A stretch of DNA of 64,000 nucleotides, taken from the IMG/VR virus record IMGVR_UViG_3300043427_003220, positions 32,001 through 96,000 of that record. The stretch is one strand, 5' to 3'. Positions 9,211-17,908 of the stretch are shown in pieces. This stretch comes from a virus. Taxonomy: Duplodnaviria > Caudoviricetes. The position numbers were made by a program, and so were the translations under genes. Under the pieces are notes generated by a model. It saw nothing but the letters and a program-made list of their open reading frames with translations. It was not told the origin of the DNA and did no database searches. Each line of letters opens with the position of its first letter. Positions within the stretch are counted from its first letter, which is position 1.

Positions 9211-9474
9211 ATGGCTCTATCAGATAAAGCAAAACAATACCTTGAGTACGCTCTTGCAAGCCAAGAAGTAGCTGACGAAGTCGTTGCTTCTCTTGACAAG
9301 CAAGCCGAAACCGTTGCCGCTATTGGCGCTACAGCAAACCTCGTCGGTACAGACGGCGCTGGCGGAGCTGGAGATGCGGCACCACTTGCTGGAACTGAAT
9401 CACGCCTCGATGCGGTCGAAGCTAAAATCGACTCCGTTATTGCCGCTCTTAAAGCCGCAGGACTAATGAAGTAA
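9211..9474 (+). CDS. Small virion protein, head fibre/decoration-like
   Basis: C-terminal KIDSVIAALKAAGLM helix typical of phage head-fibre proteins, strong RBS. Confidence 0.5.
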   Translation: MALSDKAKQYLEYALASQEVADEVVASLDKQAETVAAIGATANLVGTDGAGGAGDAAPLAGTESRLDAVEAKIDSVIAALKAAGLMK

Positions 9475-9476
9475 TA

Positions 9477-9809
9477 ATGATTGGCCACGTAAAAGATGTA
9501 ATTAAGGGAAAAGCTAAGCTTTTTTCAAAGCGTTCTTCTAGGTGGCCATCATTACGCAAATCTTATTTAGAGACTAATAACTCATGTGCAGCTTGCGGCT
9601 GCACAGAGTTTTTAGAAGTGCATCACATTGAACCGTTTCATGAAAATCCTTCCTTAGAGCTAGAAGCAAGTAATCTTATTACGCTGTGCGACAAACCTGG
9701 CAAAGATAATTGTCATCTTGAGATTGGCCATCTTGGCAGCTTTAAGAGCAAAAATCCGAATGTTCGAGAAGATGCAGCCAAAGCCCTTCAAGAAAAAATT
9801 AAAGAATAA
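9477..9809 (+). CDS. HNH endonuclease
   Basis: CAACG...LEVHHIEP...NLITLC...CH...H motif. Confidence 0.88.
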   Translation: MIGHVKDVIKGKAKLFSKRSSRWPSLRKSYLETNNSCAACGCTEFLEVHHIEPFHENPSLELEASNLITLCDKPGKDNCHLEIGHLGSFKSKNPNVREDAAKALQEKIKE

Positions 9810-9826
9810 ATTCCACAGTCCGATGA
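9800..9826 (+). promoter_or_regulatory. Sigma-28-type promoter
   Basis: TAAA-gaataaattccacag(15)-TCCGATGA, then GGGGGTGG and ATG at 9847. Confidence 0.6.
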
Positions 9827-9846
9827 GAAACTCATGGGGGTGGACT

Positions 9847-9951
9847 ATGAACCTTATTTTAAGTGCAATTGTTGTTTTTGTTGGTTATTGCATGATTAAA
9901 ATTGGTCTTTTTTGGATTGGATTGCTTATGTGGATTTTAAATTTGCTGTAA
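9847..9951 (+). CDS. Small hydrophobic membrane peptide (34 aa)
   Basis: MNLILSAIVVFVGYCMIKIGLFWIGLLMWILNLL with RBS. Confidence 0.5.
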   Translation: MNLILSAIVVFVGYCMIKIGLFWIGLLMWILNLL

Positions 9952-9986
9952 AATTAAGTTGGCTGTTCGACCAATAAAGGACCCAA

Positions 9987-10307
9987 ATGAAAAATATTTA
10001 CGTCTGTGCCCCTTGGCGTGACCCGAACTCTATCCTTCAATTCAAACAAATCTGCAATAAAATCATTCAGATGGGGCACAATCCAATCTGTTGGGAAATA
10101 ATGTACTCGTCGCTTCTTGACTTTTCTGATTATAAAAACAGAGACAAGGCGCTGAATATGGGTTTATCCCTCATGAATACTTGTCACGAAGTGTGGTTAT
10201 TTGGAGCCAAGACTCCATCAATGCTTCAAGAGATAGAGTTGGCCAAAATAAAAGAATTGACAATTGTGGAGCACTCTCTTCTTGACTTTCTTCATAGTTC
10301 AAGGTAA
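9987..10307 (+). CDS. Nucleoside 2-deoxyribosyltransferase-like (DUF4406-type) protein
   Basis: IYVCAPW...GHNP...LMNTCHEVWLFG...M..EIELAK pattern. Confidence 0.6.
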   Translation: MKNIYVCAPWRDPNSILQFKQICNKIIQMGHNPICWEIMYSSLLDFSDYKNRDKALNMGLSLMNTCHEVWLFGAKTPSMLQEIELAKIKELTIVEHSLLDFLHSSR

Positions 10308-10310
10308 AAT
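10282..10310 (+). promoter_or_regulatory. Sigma-70-type promoter upstream of the 10335/portal operon
   Basis: TTGACT-N17-TAAAAT. Confidence 0.55.
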
Positions 10311-10334
10311 GTCGAAGACTATAGGAGTTTTCGC

Positions 10335-11315
10335 ATGTCCTATCTATCTTTGACTCTAAATACAGCGGCCTCTTCAGTTGAAAACCCGCTAAAATCAACA
10401 ACCGCAGCAACTATGAACTTTGAAGTTGCTGGACTAGTCCTCGATATTGCCGAGGGCTTTAGCGTATCTCTTGACCCCTATGAAGAGCGCATTATTGCGT
10501 CAACTCGCAAGTCACTGTCTCTTGACGCCACAACACAACTTCAGATTATTCAGCCTTATAATAGTTTAGGGCAGGAATCTCTTTGGAGAGTGCAGTGGAT
10601 TGGCGGCACAAACCCTAACTTTCGTGTTAGAAGGTCACTTACGGTTAACTCTACGACCACCGTCAGCGTAACTCGCCTTAATGATATTGTTGCTCGTGTG
10701 CAGTTTTCAGGAGCAATTGGCTCGAATGCAAAATTAAACGATATTCTTCTCTTTGAAAAAGACAATGATATTGGTTTACAATCTCCTTTCAATGCGGTCA
10801 ATACCGGCATTCCTTGTCGTATTGTAGGAGTTGGAGCAGACTTCCTCGACGTGGAAGATTCAGGAGTTCTTGTTAATGACCCAAGTGTTCTCCTTGGCGT
10901 TGATTATCTCGATGTACTCAAAGTCTTTTCCGCTATTGGTGCTCAAATCACTGATACTCTGAGTATTTCATCTTCTGCATTCAACTACGGAAACCGAGGT
11001 TCGTTCAAGATTGTTGCTGTGTCGGCAGACTATATTGACATTGAAGCGCCATCTCTTGTTCCCGAAACGGTATCCAACATTACCGAAGGTTTTAGAATTT
11101 TCATTAATACTATTTATTACATTGCCCTGAAGGCAAAGGGTTCGTTTAAGTTGGTCGTTGATGAAAAAGAACTTGACCTTTCTCCGTTAGGTGATACAGC
11201 TATATTTGCAAGCTCCGTGACTTGCTCAGAAGTTATTGTTAAGAATATGTCTGATGGTATGTTGTCTGTTGAGGGTCTTTGGTGCGCTTCTGGTATAAAC
11301 GGAACTGCTTGTTAA
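10335..11315 (+). CDS. Putative virion structural protein
   Basis: 326-aa beta-rich ORF directly upstream of the portal gene. Confidence 0.5.
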   Translation: MSYLSLTLNTAASSVENPLKSTTAATMNFEVAGLVLDIAEGFSVSLDPYEERIIASTRKSLSLDATTQLQIIQPYNSLGQESLWRVQWIGGTNPNFRVRRSLTVNSTTTVSVTRLNDIVARVQFSGAIGSNAKLNDILLFEKDNDIGLQSPFNAVNTGIPCRIVGVGADFLDVEDSGVLVNDPSVLLGVDYLDVLKVFSAIGAQITDTLSISSSAFNYGNRGSFKIVAVSADYIDIEAPSLVPETVSNITEGFRIFINTIYYIALKAKGSFKLVVDEKELDLSPLGDTAIFASSVTCSEVIVKNMSDGMLSVEGLWCASGINGTAC

Positions 11316-11330
11316 TAATAGGAAATTTCA

Positions 11331-13325
11331 ATGTCAGACGATAAGAAAATTACTATCAAAATAGCAGACGGCATAAGTCCAGACGAAAACATCAACGTCA
11401 ACTCGATTGATGATGTGACTGGAATCATTAAGCAGCGCCTTGGTCGCACAATGCTATCTAAGTCCGATGTCCAAAAAATCAACGAAGAAGAGTTCAAAAA
11501 GCGCAAATACAAACAATCTAAAGTCAAGTTTGGTTCACGCTTTAATACTCGCATTGGTGTAGGCGACTCTCTTTCAAAAGAGCCCAAGCGCCTCTCAGAC
11601 GCTGAACTCAAAGAGCTTTCATTGATTGACCCATATATTGGCGCAATCATCAACACCCGTGTTGCCCAAATTTCTAGCTTTGGTGCCCAATCTGAGTCTA
11701 AGTTTGACAAGGGTGTTCGCGTTATCGACCTAGAAGAGATTCGCCGTGAAGACTTTGAGACAGAAGAAGCTTTTGAGCGCGAACTCAAACTTCGTGAAGC
11801 GGAAAAGAAAGCCATCCTTGAGTGGGTACTGAAGTGCGGCACGTCGGACAAAAGAATCCTTGATGAGATGTATGAAGCCGCCGACCCTACTTTCAAGCAT
11901 TGTTCTTTGAAGGACTACTTTCAGGCTCAGTCCCGTGCATTGTTGACGTTTGGCCGTAGTGCTAGACAGAACCTTCTAAATGCTGATGGGACTATCTGCG
12001 CTTTTAGGCCAACTCCTATTGAGACTATCAAGCAAGTTAAGTTTGGCTCTAAGGTTCATGTAACCGCTGTCTCTGATATTGCTCAGCAGTCAGAAGTAGA
12101 CGCTGAGCAGTACAACAAGATTCCTGTAAACGACAAGCCCATCGCTTACGTACAAGAAGTAGACGGCGTTCAGACTGGTTTCTTTACTGAAGAAGACTTG
12201 AAAGTTGTTTACTATCAAGTTCAATCATTCCTTGACCTCAATGGTTACCCAATGGGGCCTATTGAGTTTGCTTTGTTCTTGGTTTACATTCATCAGCACA
12301 CATTGAGTTACCTCCGCAATCAGTTTGTAAAGGGTCAGCTCTCAAAGAGCATGATTGTCATTAGGCCAACCGACCCATCAGTCAAAATTTCTGATGAAGA
12401 TATTGAATCTTTTAAGATGGAGATTCAAAACCTAGCCACAAGAACAGACAATAGTGCTGTCATTCCAGTCATTGGTGGGCCGGTTGAGCTTGAACTTATC
12501 AAGACAACCGAGACTCCAAAAGATATGGAATGGATGCAGGTCGAGCAAACGGTCATTCGTGCATTGTGCTCTGCCTTTCAGATTTCCCCTACAGAAGCTG
12601 GCTTTGGACAGTTGGGCGATACTGCAGGCATGGGGCAAGGTTCACGTGACTACGAACTTGTTCAAGGTGAAGAGCGCGGCCTAAGACTCTTAGTAGATAT
12701 CTTGATGGAAGACATCAATGATGCCGTCTATCAAAACTTCCCCGAAGCCAAGAAGCGTTACAAGGTAGCAGCATTCGGCGTTGGTAATGAGACACGTGAA
12801 GGCGTGTTGCAACGCCAAGTCCAAGAGCTACAGACGACAGCAACTCTAAATTCGCTGTTCAGCGATTCTGACAAAAATAGACAATTTGAGTATGGCGGCG
12901 ACGTTCCTCTAGCCCCAGCATTCCACCAAAACGTGGCTCGCTATATGACTTATGGAAAGTTTATGGAAACGTACTTTGGAATGGAAGGTGCAAGTAAGCG
13001 CCCAGAGTTAGACTTTATTATTGACCCCAACCTCAATCAAGCCTATCAGCAACTCAAGATGGGTATGCAGCAGATGCAGGCTCAGCAGCAGGCATTGGGA
13101 TTGCAGGGCCAACAGATGCAGCTTGAGATGCAACAGGCTCAGATGCAACAGGCGGCTCAAGGCGGACAACCACAACAGGGTCAACCTCAACAACAGCCAG
13201 AAGAGCAGCAGAAGTCAGAAGACGTTGAGCTTCAAAAAGCATGGGAAGAGTCTATGAAGTCTAACCACGAAAGCCTATTGAAATCATGGCTTAGGATTCA
13301 TGACTCAAAGATTGATGAAGAATAA
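11331..13325 (+). CDS. Portal protein
   Basis: 664 aa. Matches the HK97-type portal pattern (GYPMGPIE, F.KG, KDMEW...R.LCSAFQISPTEAG, GLR.L...E..IN) and has a Gln-rich C-terminal tail. Confidence 0.8.
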   Translation: MSDDKKITIKIADGISPDENINVNSIDDVTGIIKQRLGRTMLSKSDVQKINEEEFKKRKYKQSKVKFGSRFNTRIGVGDSLSKEPKRLSDAELKELSLIDPYIGAIINTRVAQISSFGAQSESKFDKGVRVIDLEEIRREDFETEEAFERELKLREAEKKAILEWVLKCGTSDKRILDEMYEAADPTFKHCSLKDYFQAQSRALLTFGRSARQNLLNADGTICAFRPTPIETIKQVKFGSKVHVTAVSDIAQQSEVDAEQYNKIPVNDKPIAYVQEVDGVQTGFFTEEDLKVVYYQVQSFLDLNGYPMGPIEFALFLVYIHQHTLSYLRNQFVKGQLSKSMIVIRPTDPSVKISDEDIESFKMEIQNLATRTDNSAVIPVIGGPVELELIKTTETPKDMEWMQVEQTVIRALCSAFQISPTEAGFGQLGDTAGMGQGSRDYELVQGEERGLRLLVDILMEDINDAVYQNFPEAKKRYKVAAFGVGNETREGVLQRQVQELQTTATLNSLFSDSDKNRQFEYGGDVPLAPAFHQNVARYMTYGKFMETYFGMEGASKRPELDFIIDPNLNQAYQQLKMGMQQMQAQQQALGLQGQQMQLEMQQAQMQQAAQGGQPQQGQPQQQPEEQQKSEDVELQKAWEESMKSNHESLLKSWLRIHDSKIDEE

Positions 13326-13326
13326 T

Positions 13327-13354
13327 TAAAGTTCGTTCCCGTGTGTTCCGATAA
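13327..13354 (+). promoter_or_regulatory. Sigma-28-type promoter
   Basis: TAAA-gttcgttcccgtgtgt(16)-TCCGATAA, then GGAGG and ATG at 13376. Confidence 0.75.
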
Positions 13355-13375
13355 TTGTACTTGGAGGTACCCGTT

Positions 13376-13675
13376 ATGAGTAAAGCAGTAGAAGCAAGAG
13401 AACTAGCAGACAAGTTTAATGACCCTGAGCAAAAAGACAAAAGATTGCAGGGTCTTATGGATTTTATTGTTGATATTCTTTTGGAAGATGCTATTAATGC
13501 TGCTAAGCGCGGTCTTTATGACATGTCTTACAAAATGGGTGACATGGAAAAAGAGCGTATCCGTCTTGCTAACCTCCAAGAAGAAGAAGTTACTAAAAAA
13601 GTAATTGATAAGATGAATCAGCTTGGATTTCAGGCTGGTTTTAGCCGTCCCTACATCAACGTCTCATGGAAATAA
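13376..13675 (+). CDS. Hypothetical protein
   Basis: Start moved to ATG 13376 after GGAGGT. Confidence 0.6.
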   Translation: MSKAVEARELADKFNDPEQKDKRLQGLMDFIVDILLEDAINAAKRGLYDMSYKMGDMEKERIRLANLQEEEVTKKVIDKMNQLGFQAGFSRPYINVSWK

Positions 13676-13902
13676 ATGAGGCGCTCGACCAGCTTGTTGA
13701 GTTGGTCAAAAAAATCCTTTCAAAAAAGAAAACAAAAGTAATTGGAATCAGAGACTTAGAGAGGGCTGCTCAAAAGGCAGACATTCAAATAGTTCTTGAC
13801 GAAGACACTGTGGCTGAGTTATGTTTTAGGCTACGTGACGAGAATGTGATTGCCCGCCCACAAGGAGCTGGCGTCTTTCGCCACATTAGAATTGTGGAGT
13901 AG
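13666..13902 (+). CDS. Hypothetical protein
   Basis: 78-aa ORF in a tightly packed operon. Confidence 0.55.
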   Translation: MEINEALDQLVELVKKILSKKKTKVIGIRDLERAAQKADIQIVLDEDTVAELCFRLRDENVIARPQGAGVFRHIRIVE

Positions 13903-13904
13903 TT

Positions 13905-14366
13905 ATGTCTGAACATAAAAAAACAGTAGAAATGCTACTTGGCCTCAAAAGCAGACTGATTGCTGGTTCTAAGTCAGGCTATAGACGCCGTCATCCTAAA
14001 AACCTTGTTTGTTTTAATGCCAATGTTGTCGTCGAGGGGTTGGGAAAAGTTTGGTATGGCGACTTAGATATTACCTTGGATGAGGCTTTATTGGTTAGGC
14101 TGGCTCAGCTTCTTGAGAGAGAAGTTTATGTGTTGCAAGAGATGGACGGACGGTTTGAGAACGAAGATAACCCCAAAATCGAAAAAGCTGTATATAAAGT
14201 TGCCAAGATACCTTTTATGAGTTGGCATATTTATGAAGGTGAAATTCGCATTGAGTATTACGAGAGAAGCAAGAAAAGCGGCGTCATTCAAGAGAAGTCT
14301 AAAAGACAAATAGATAAAATTTTGGAAAGACTCAAAGAGCAAAGCGGAAAAGCGGCTTTTGTTTAA
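13905..14366 (+). CDS. Hypothetical protein
   Basis: 153 aa, GGAG RBS. Confidence 0.6.
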   Translation: MSEHKKTVEMLLGLKSRLIAGSKSGYRRRHPKNLVCFNANVVVEGLGKVWYGDLDITLDEALLVRLAQLLEREVYVLQEMDGRFENEDNPKIEKAVYKVAKIPFMSWHIYEGEIRIEYYERSKKSGVIQEKSKRQIDKILERLKEQSGKAAFV

Positions 14367-14397
14367 CTGAAAATATACTTTTCTTTATGGTGTTTAA

Positions 14398-15009
14398 ATG
14401 AAAGTAAATCTTCCTACGGTGACTCTTATTATTGCTGACTGTGTTGACTACGATAGAGCCAAACTGTCTTTTGACCACTGTAGAGCCGTCTGCAACTTCG
14501 GCGAAGCTAAACTATTAACTCACTTCGACACTCAAGACTCCAATATAGTAAAAATCCCTCAAATTAAGTCTATTGAAGAGTATTCTCATTTTATGATTAA
14601 AGACTTGGCTAACTACTTTGACACTCAGCATGTCTTAGTGGCTCAGTGGGATGGGTTTGTTTGGAAGCCAGAGTTGTGGGACAACAAATTTCTTCAGTAC
14701 GACTACATCGGGGCACCATGGCCTGAGAGTGTTCTGTTTAAGGGAGTGCCCAAGCATTTCAATGTAGGTAATGGAGGATTTTCTCTTAGGAGCAAAAGGC
14801 TTCAAGATTTTCTACGAGATGACGATAATATTACTATGCACAGGGCAGAAGACGTGGCAATATGCCAGCTTAATAGGGCGTACTTGGAAGCCAAGGGGTT
14901 TACGTTTGCTCCGTTTGAGCTAGCTAAGAAGTTTAGTTGGGAATGCTTGGAAATGAGTCCAGCATTCGGAGTTCATGCTAGGTTGAGGTTGGTTAAGAAA
15001 GGGGAGTGA
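14398..15009 (+). CDS. DUF5672-family putative glycosyltransferase
   Basis: QWDGFV, YDYIGAPW, VGNGGFSLRSK, EDVAIC, FS.E and FG.H motifs. Confidence 0.8.
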   Translation: MKVNLPTVTLIIADCVDYDRAKLSFDHCRAVCNFGEAKLLTHFDTQDSNIVKIPQIKSIEEYSHFMIKDLANYFDTQHVLVAQWDGFVWKPELWDNKFLQYDYIGAPWPESVLFKGVPKHFNVGNGGFSLRSKRLQDFLRDDDNITMHRAEDVAICQLNRAYLEAKGFTFAPFELAKKFSWECLEMSPAFGVHARLRLVKKGE

Positions 15010-15254
15010 TTATGAGAGCATTGCTGTTACTCTTATTGGTTGGTTGTGCGACTGCTCCAAAGCCTGATAAGCCAGACTTGTGTGCGACTGTTTATGACCC
15101 TCATCTTTGCCTTATCACTATTGACAGTACGACATTTGCTGCTCACGGCAGTAACCGCTGTGTTGCCATTAGAAAGTTGAAAAAAACTCTTGAAGAAAGA
15201 GGGCACAATCCTCTAATAGTAGAAAAGGCGGAATGTGGGCGAGTTTATGAATAA
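15006..15254 (+). CDS. Putative lipoprotein
   Basis: MRALLLLLLVG-C lipobox and a Cys-containing small domain. Confidence 0.6.
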   Translation: MIMRALLLLLLVGCATAPKPDKPDLCATVYDPHLCLITIDSTTFAAHGSNRCVAIRKLKKTLEERGHNPLIVEKAECGRVYE

Positions 15255-15260
15255 GAGTCA

Positions 15261-15290
15261 GTTGCCGAGGATTCCTCGGTAGCTTATTTT
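15261..15290 (+). terminator. Probable intrinsic terminator
   Basis: GTTGCCGAGG-att-CCTCGGTAGC hairpin followed by TTATTTT. Confidence 0.55.
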
Positions 15291-15305
15291 GAATGGGGGA
15301 TAATT

Positions 15306-15659
15306 ATGACTGAATCTAACTACATGAAATATCGAGGAAAATGCAAAGAAATGGCAGAACAGGCTGCTGCCGAAGACCCCTCGCTTACAGTAGTGCGCGG
15401 TCATTATTATTGTCCACTATGGAACCGCCGCGAACCTCACTGGTGGTGCGTCAAACCAGATGGCGAAATTGTTGACCCCACAGCCCTTCAGTTTCCTTCA
15501 GGTGGCCTTGGAATTGGCGAATACGAGCCGTTTTATGGTTACTTGGCCTGCGAAGAATGCGGAAAGACCATTCACGAAGACGAGCGCCATGCGGGTTATT
15601 CTGTTTGCAGCTATGAGTGCTATGGCAGCATGGTCGGATTGTTGCGGAGAAGTTTATGA
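15306..15659 (+). CDS. Hypothetical phage protein with C-terminal Zn-finger-like Cys motif
   Basis: HWWC...IVDPT..QF and CEECG...CSYEC. Confidence 0.6.
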   Translation: MTESNYMKYRGKCKEMAEQAAAEDPSLTVVRGHYYCPLWNRREPHWWCVKPDGEIVDPTALQFPSGGLGIGEYEPFYGYLACEECGKTIHEDERHAGYSVCSYECYGSMVGLLRRSL

Positions 15660-16060
15660 ATAGCCTTGAACAACTACAACAAATTAAAGAATTAGCCCTC
15701 AATCTTTTTGATGGCGAATATGCAGCAAATGAATGGCTAAACACGCCAAATCATTTGTTTTTTGACAAAACGCCTCTTGAATATGCCAATAGTGTAAACG
15801 CCCAAAGTGTTATTGACGTGCTAAAAGAATGGTCTGAAGAGCCTAGCTATCCAACTTTTGACGAGCTAAAAGCGTGGCTAGACATAAAGACTGAACATCT
15901 TGACCCAGAAGACCTCAAGATTGTTGACTCGTGTTTTGAGCGAGCCGGTAAATATGGCTTAGAGTGGGAGATTATTTACACCATTCATCGTTCTTACAAC
16001 GATGAGAGCTTTAACGTCGTTGAATATTTGCTAGATGCTTGTGATGATTGGGATATATGA
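15656..16060 (+). CDS. Protein with MbcA/ParS/Xre antitoxin toxin-binding-like domain plus an acidic C-terminal domain
   Basis: ALNLFDGEYAANEWLNTPNHLFFDKTPLEY...VIDVL matches the A..F.....A..WL..PN..L...TPL....V..L pattern (DUF2384). Start at ATG 15656 by ATGA overlap. Confidence 0.6.
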   Translation: MNSLEQLQQIKELALNLFDGEYAANEWLNTPNHLFFDKTPLEYANSVNAQSVIDVLKEWSEEPSYPTFDELKAWLDIKTEHLDPEDLKIVDSCFERAGKYGLEWEIIYTIHRSYNDESFNVVEYLLDACDDWDI

Positions 16061-16323
16061 GTATTCAAAAACTTAAAGAACATATTGAAAATTTTATGAA
16101 TAAAAAGCGTGAATTTAATGAGTTTAAGTTTACGTGTAAAGACGATAGGCATTCACTCGGAGTTTACCTAACTATTTGGAATCGTTACGGTCATTTTGTG
16201 TATCATTATTTTAGTTTGGAAATATGCAAACAGTTTTCTGGTTCAGAAGATTTTATTATTGAATATGGATGCACACAAGCAATTCGTCTTTTAAACAGGG
16301 ATTATTATGAGGGGAACTTTTAA
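16057..16323 (+). CDS. Hypothetical protein
   Basis: ATGA-coupled ORF. Confidence 0.55.
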   Translation: MSIQKLKEHIENFMNKKREFNEFKFTCKDDRHSLGVYLTIWNRYGHFVYHYFSLEICKQFSGSEDFIIEYGCTQAIRLLNRDYYEGNF

Positions 16324-16676
16324 ATGAAACTCGAAGTTGGCAAAAAATACCAAGATAGCCAAAATAGAGTTATTAAGATTATTTCAGATGTAGCCAGCCT
16401 TCCATTTTGCTACATAGGGGAAGTTCTATTTACTGGCGAGCTTGCAAGGTACTCACACGATGGAACGATTTATGGTTCTAATGACATTAATCTTGTAAAA
16501 GAACTCGGTACGACTCAGAAGATGGATTGCCTGCAAGACCAAAGCGCACGATTGTACACCTGACGGAAATGGGCAGTCACATTTATGTCCTTAGTACCGA
16601 TGGAAAGTTATTTCGTAATCATTGGGCAACACCGCAAGAATGGCAAGCACTTCCAGACTTGCCGCAGGAGGACTAA
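16324..16676 (+). pseudogene. Hypothetical protein split by a -1 frameshift near 16495-16506
   Basis: Frame 1 reads MKLEVGKKY...NLVKE. The -1 frame continues YDSEDGLPARPKRTIVH...LSTDGKLF...WQALPDLPQED* to 16676, right before the next start. Confidence 0.5.
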
Positions 16677-16677
16677 T

Positions 16678-16908
16678 ATGAGACGCAGTTTCACACTACT
16701 CCGTAGTGACTACCTTTATCACTGCCTGTTCACCGACGAGTTCAACACTCCAGAAGATAAGATTGACCAGCAGATAGAGGACGTTATCAAGAATGAGGCG
16801 GAAATATGGGAGTGGGCGGAGTACGAGTGGACTAAGCATAAGATTGTCAGTGAGTTTATGGAGCCAAAGATTACCTATTACATCGTGGAAGTGAGGGAGA
16901 AAAGATGA
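16678..16908 (+). CDS. Hypothetical protein
   Basis: Start moved to ATG 16678 after AGGAGG. Confidence 0.6.
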   Translation: MRRSFTLLRSDYLYHCLFTDEFNTPEDKIDQQIEDVIKNEAEIWEWAEYEWTKHKIVSEFMEPKITYYIVEVREKR

Positions 16909-17090
16909 AAGTCTACGCAATTGTTGAAAATTCTGGCCCATTTACTGTCCTTCTTCATTTGACTGTTTATCGCACAGAAGAGCAGGCTCAAGAGGCCCTT
17001 GAACAAATCAATAAAGATTACGTAGAGTGGTCAAAAGATACAGAATTTGTTTCTAAAGCAAAAGTTATTGAGTTAGAAGTTGCGGACTAA
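16905..17090 (+). CDS. Hypothetical protein
   Basis: ATGA-coupled 61-aa ORF. Confidence 0.55.
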   Translation: MKVYAIVENSGPFTVLLHLTVYRTEEQAQEALEQINKDYVEWSKDTEFVSKAKVIELEVAD

Positions 17091-17114
17091 AGTTTTTCCT
17101 TGTCCTGCCGATAA
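17088..17114 (+). promoter_or_regulatory. Sigma-28 promoter, perfect consensus
   Basis: TAAAGTTT-N11-GCCGATAA. Confidence 0.85.
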
Positions 17115-17254
17115 GCCTTATGTTATGAGTGAGAATTATGAGTCTTGTCCACTATAGACAAACTACTTTGCCTATAATAAAAGCCACTTTCACTATAAAC
17201 AAATTTCATACTCATGAAATTTAGATTACGAACTAATGAAATTATGACTCTTTA

Positions 17255-17282
17255 TAAAGTTTTATCAATAAGAATCCGATAA
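17255..17282 (+). promoter_or_regulatory. Sigma-28-type promoter
   Basis: TAAA-gttttatcaataagaa(16)-TCCGATAA, then AAGGGGG and ATG at 17304. Confidence 0.75.
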
Positions 17283-17303
17283 GCATATCAAAGGGGGAAA
17301 GCC

Positions 17304-17474
17304 ATGTTCTACACTATCACAGCCACAATTGATGATGAGGTCCACGTAGTTGCCACAAACGTCCCAGACGACGAGCTTGAAGGAGAGCTTCAACATCTAA
17401 CCCGCAGGCACGAGTTTAAGAACGTGACTCGGTTTGAGATAACTGAAGAGCCTGTTTTTAGTCTATCGCCTTAG
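17304..17474 (+). CDS. Hypothetical 56-aa protein (below the ORF-track cutoff)
   Basis: MFYTITATIDDEVHVVATNVPDDELEGELQHL...SP with RBS and promoter. Confidence 0.6.
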   Translation: MFYTITATIDDEVHVVATNVPDDELEGELQHLTRRHEFKNVTRFEITEEPVFSLSP

Positions 17475-17554
17475 CCTAAATTAACCACCAGTCTACTTTT
17501 AGGCCAACGCCTTATCCTAAAATAACGACAACTTTAATTTTAACTTCCATCAAA

Positions 17555-17583
17555 TTGACAAATCCTTAGACATTGTCTACCTT
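17555..17583 (+). promoter_or_regulatory. Sigma-70-type promoter
   Basis: TTGACA-N17-TACCTT upstream of ATG 17606. Confidence 0.55.
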
Positions 17584-17605
17584 TACCTCAAAGGAGAGGC
17601 GAACT

Positions 17606-17908
17606 ATGTCTGATTTGCTTAATAATCTCGACTCAGTCGAACAAGACGCAGAAAAACAACAAGAGTTCTTCAAGATGCTAGACGAAATGGTGTCTTCCTA
17701 TGGCCATCTCGTTATGGAAGTGCAGGCTATGGGTCAAAAGCTTCATGACTTAGCCGGCCTAGCTCATTGGTCAAAAGAGCATATCGAATATCTTCTAGCT
17801 AAAGACGAAGAATATATGGCAGCCGTCAAGGCATTCATGGAATCTAAGGAGAGCAGCGATGGCAGCGAAGCCGACGCGGTTTCAGCAGACGTGTCCGAGA
17901 AAGCTTGA
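17606..17908 (+). CDS. Hypothetical coiled-coil protein
   Basis: Start at ATG 17606 after AAGGAGAGG. Confidence 0.6.
   Translation: MSDLLNNLDSVEQDAEKQQEFFKMLDEMVSSYGHLVMEVQAMGQKLHDLAGLAHWSKEHIEYLLAKDEEYMAAVKAFMESKESSDGSEADAVSADVSEKA

Noticed and set aside
13060-13215. Gln-rich low-complexity tail of the portal as a separate element
   Set aside because: It is in-frame low-complexity sequence, and such tails are common on phage portals.
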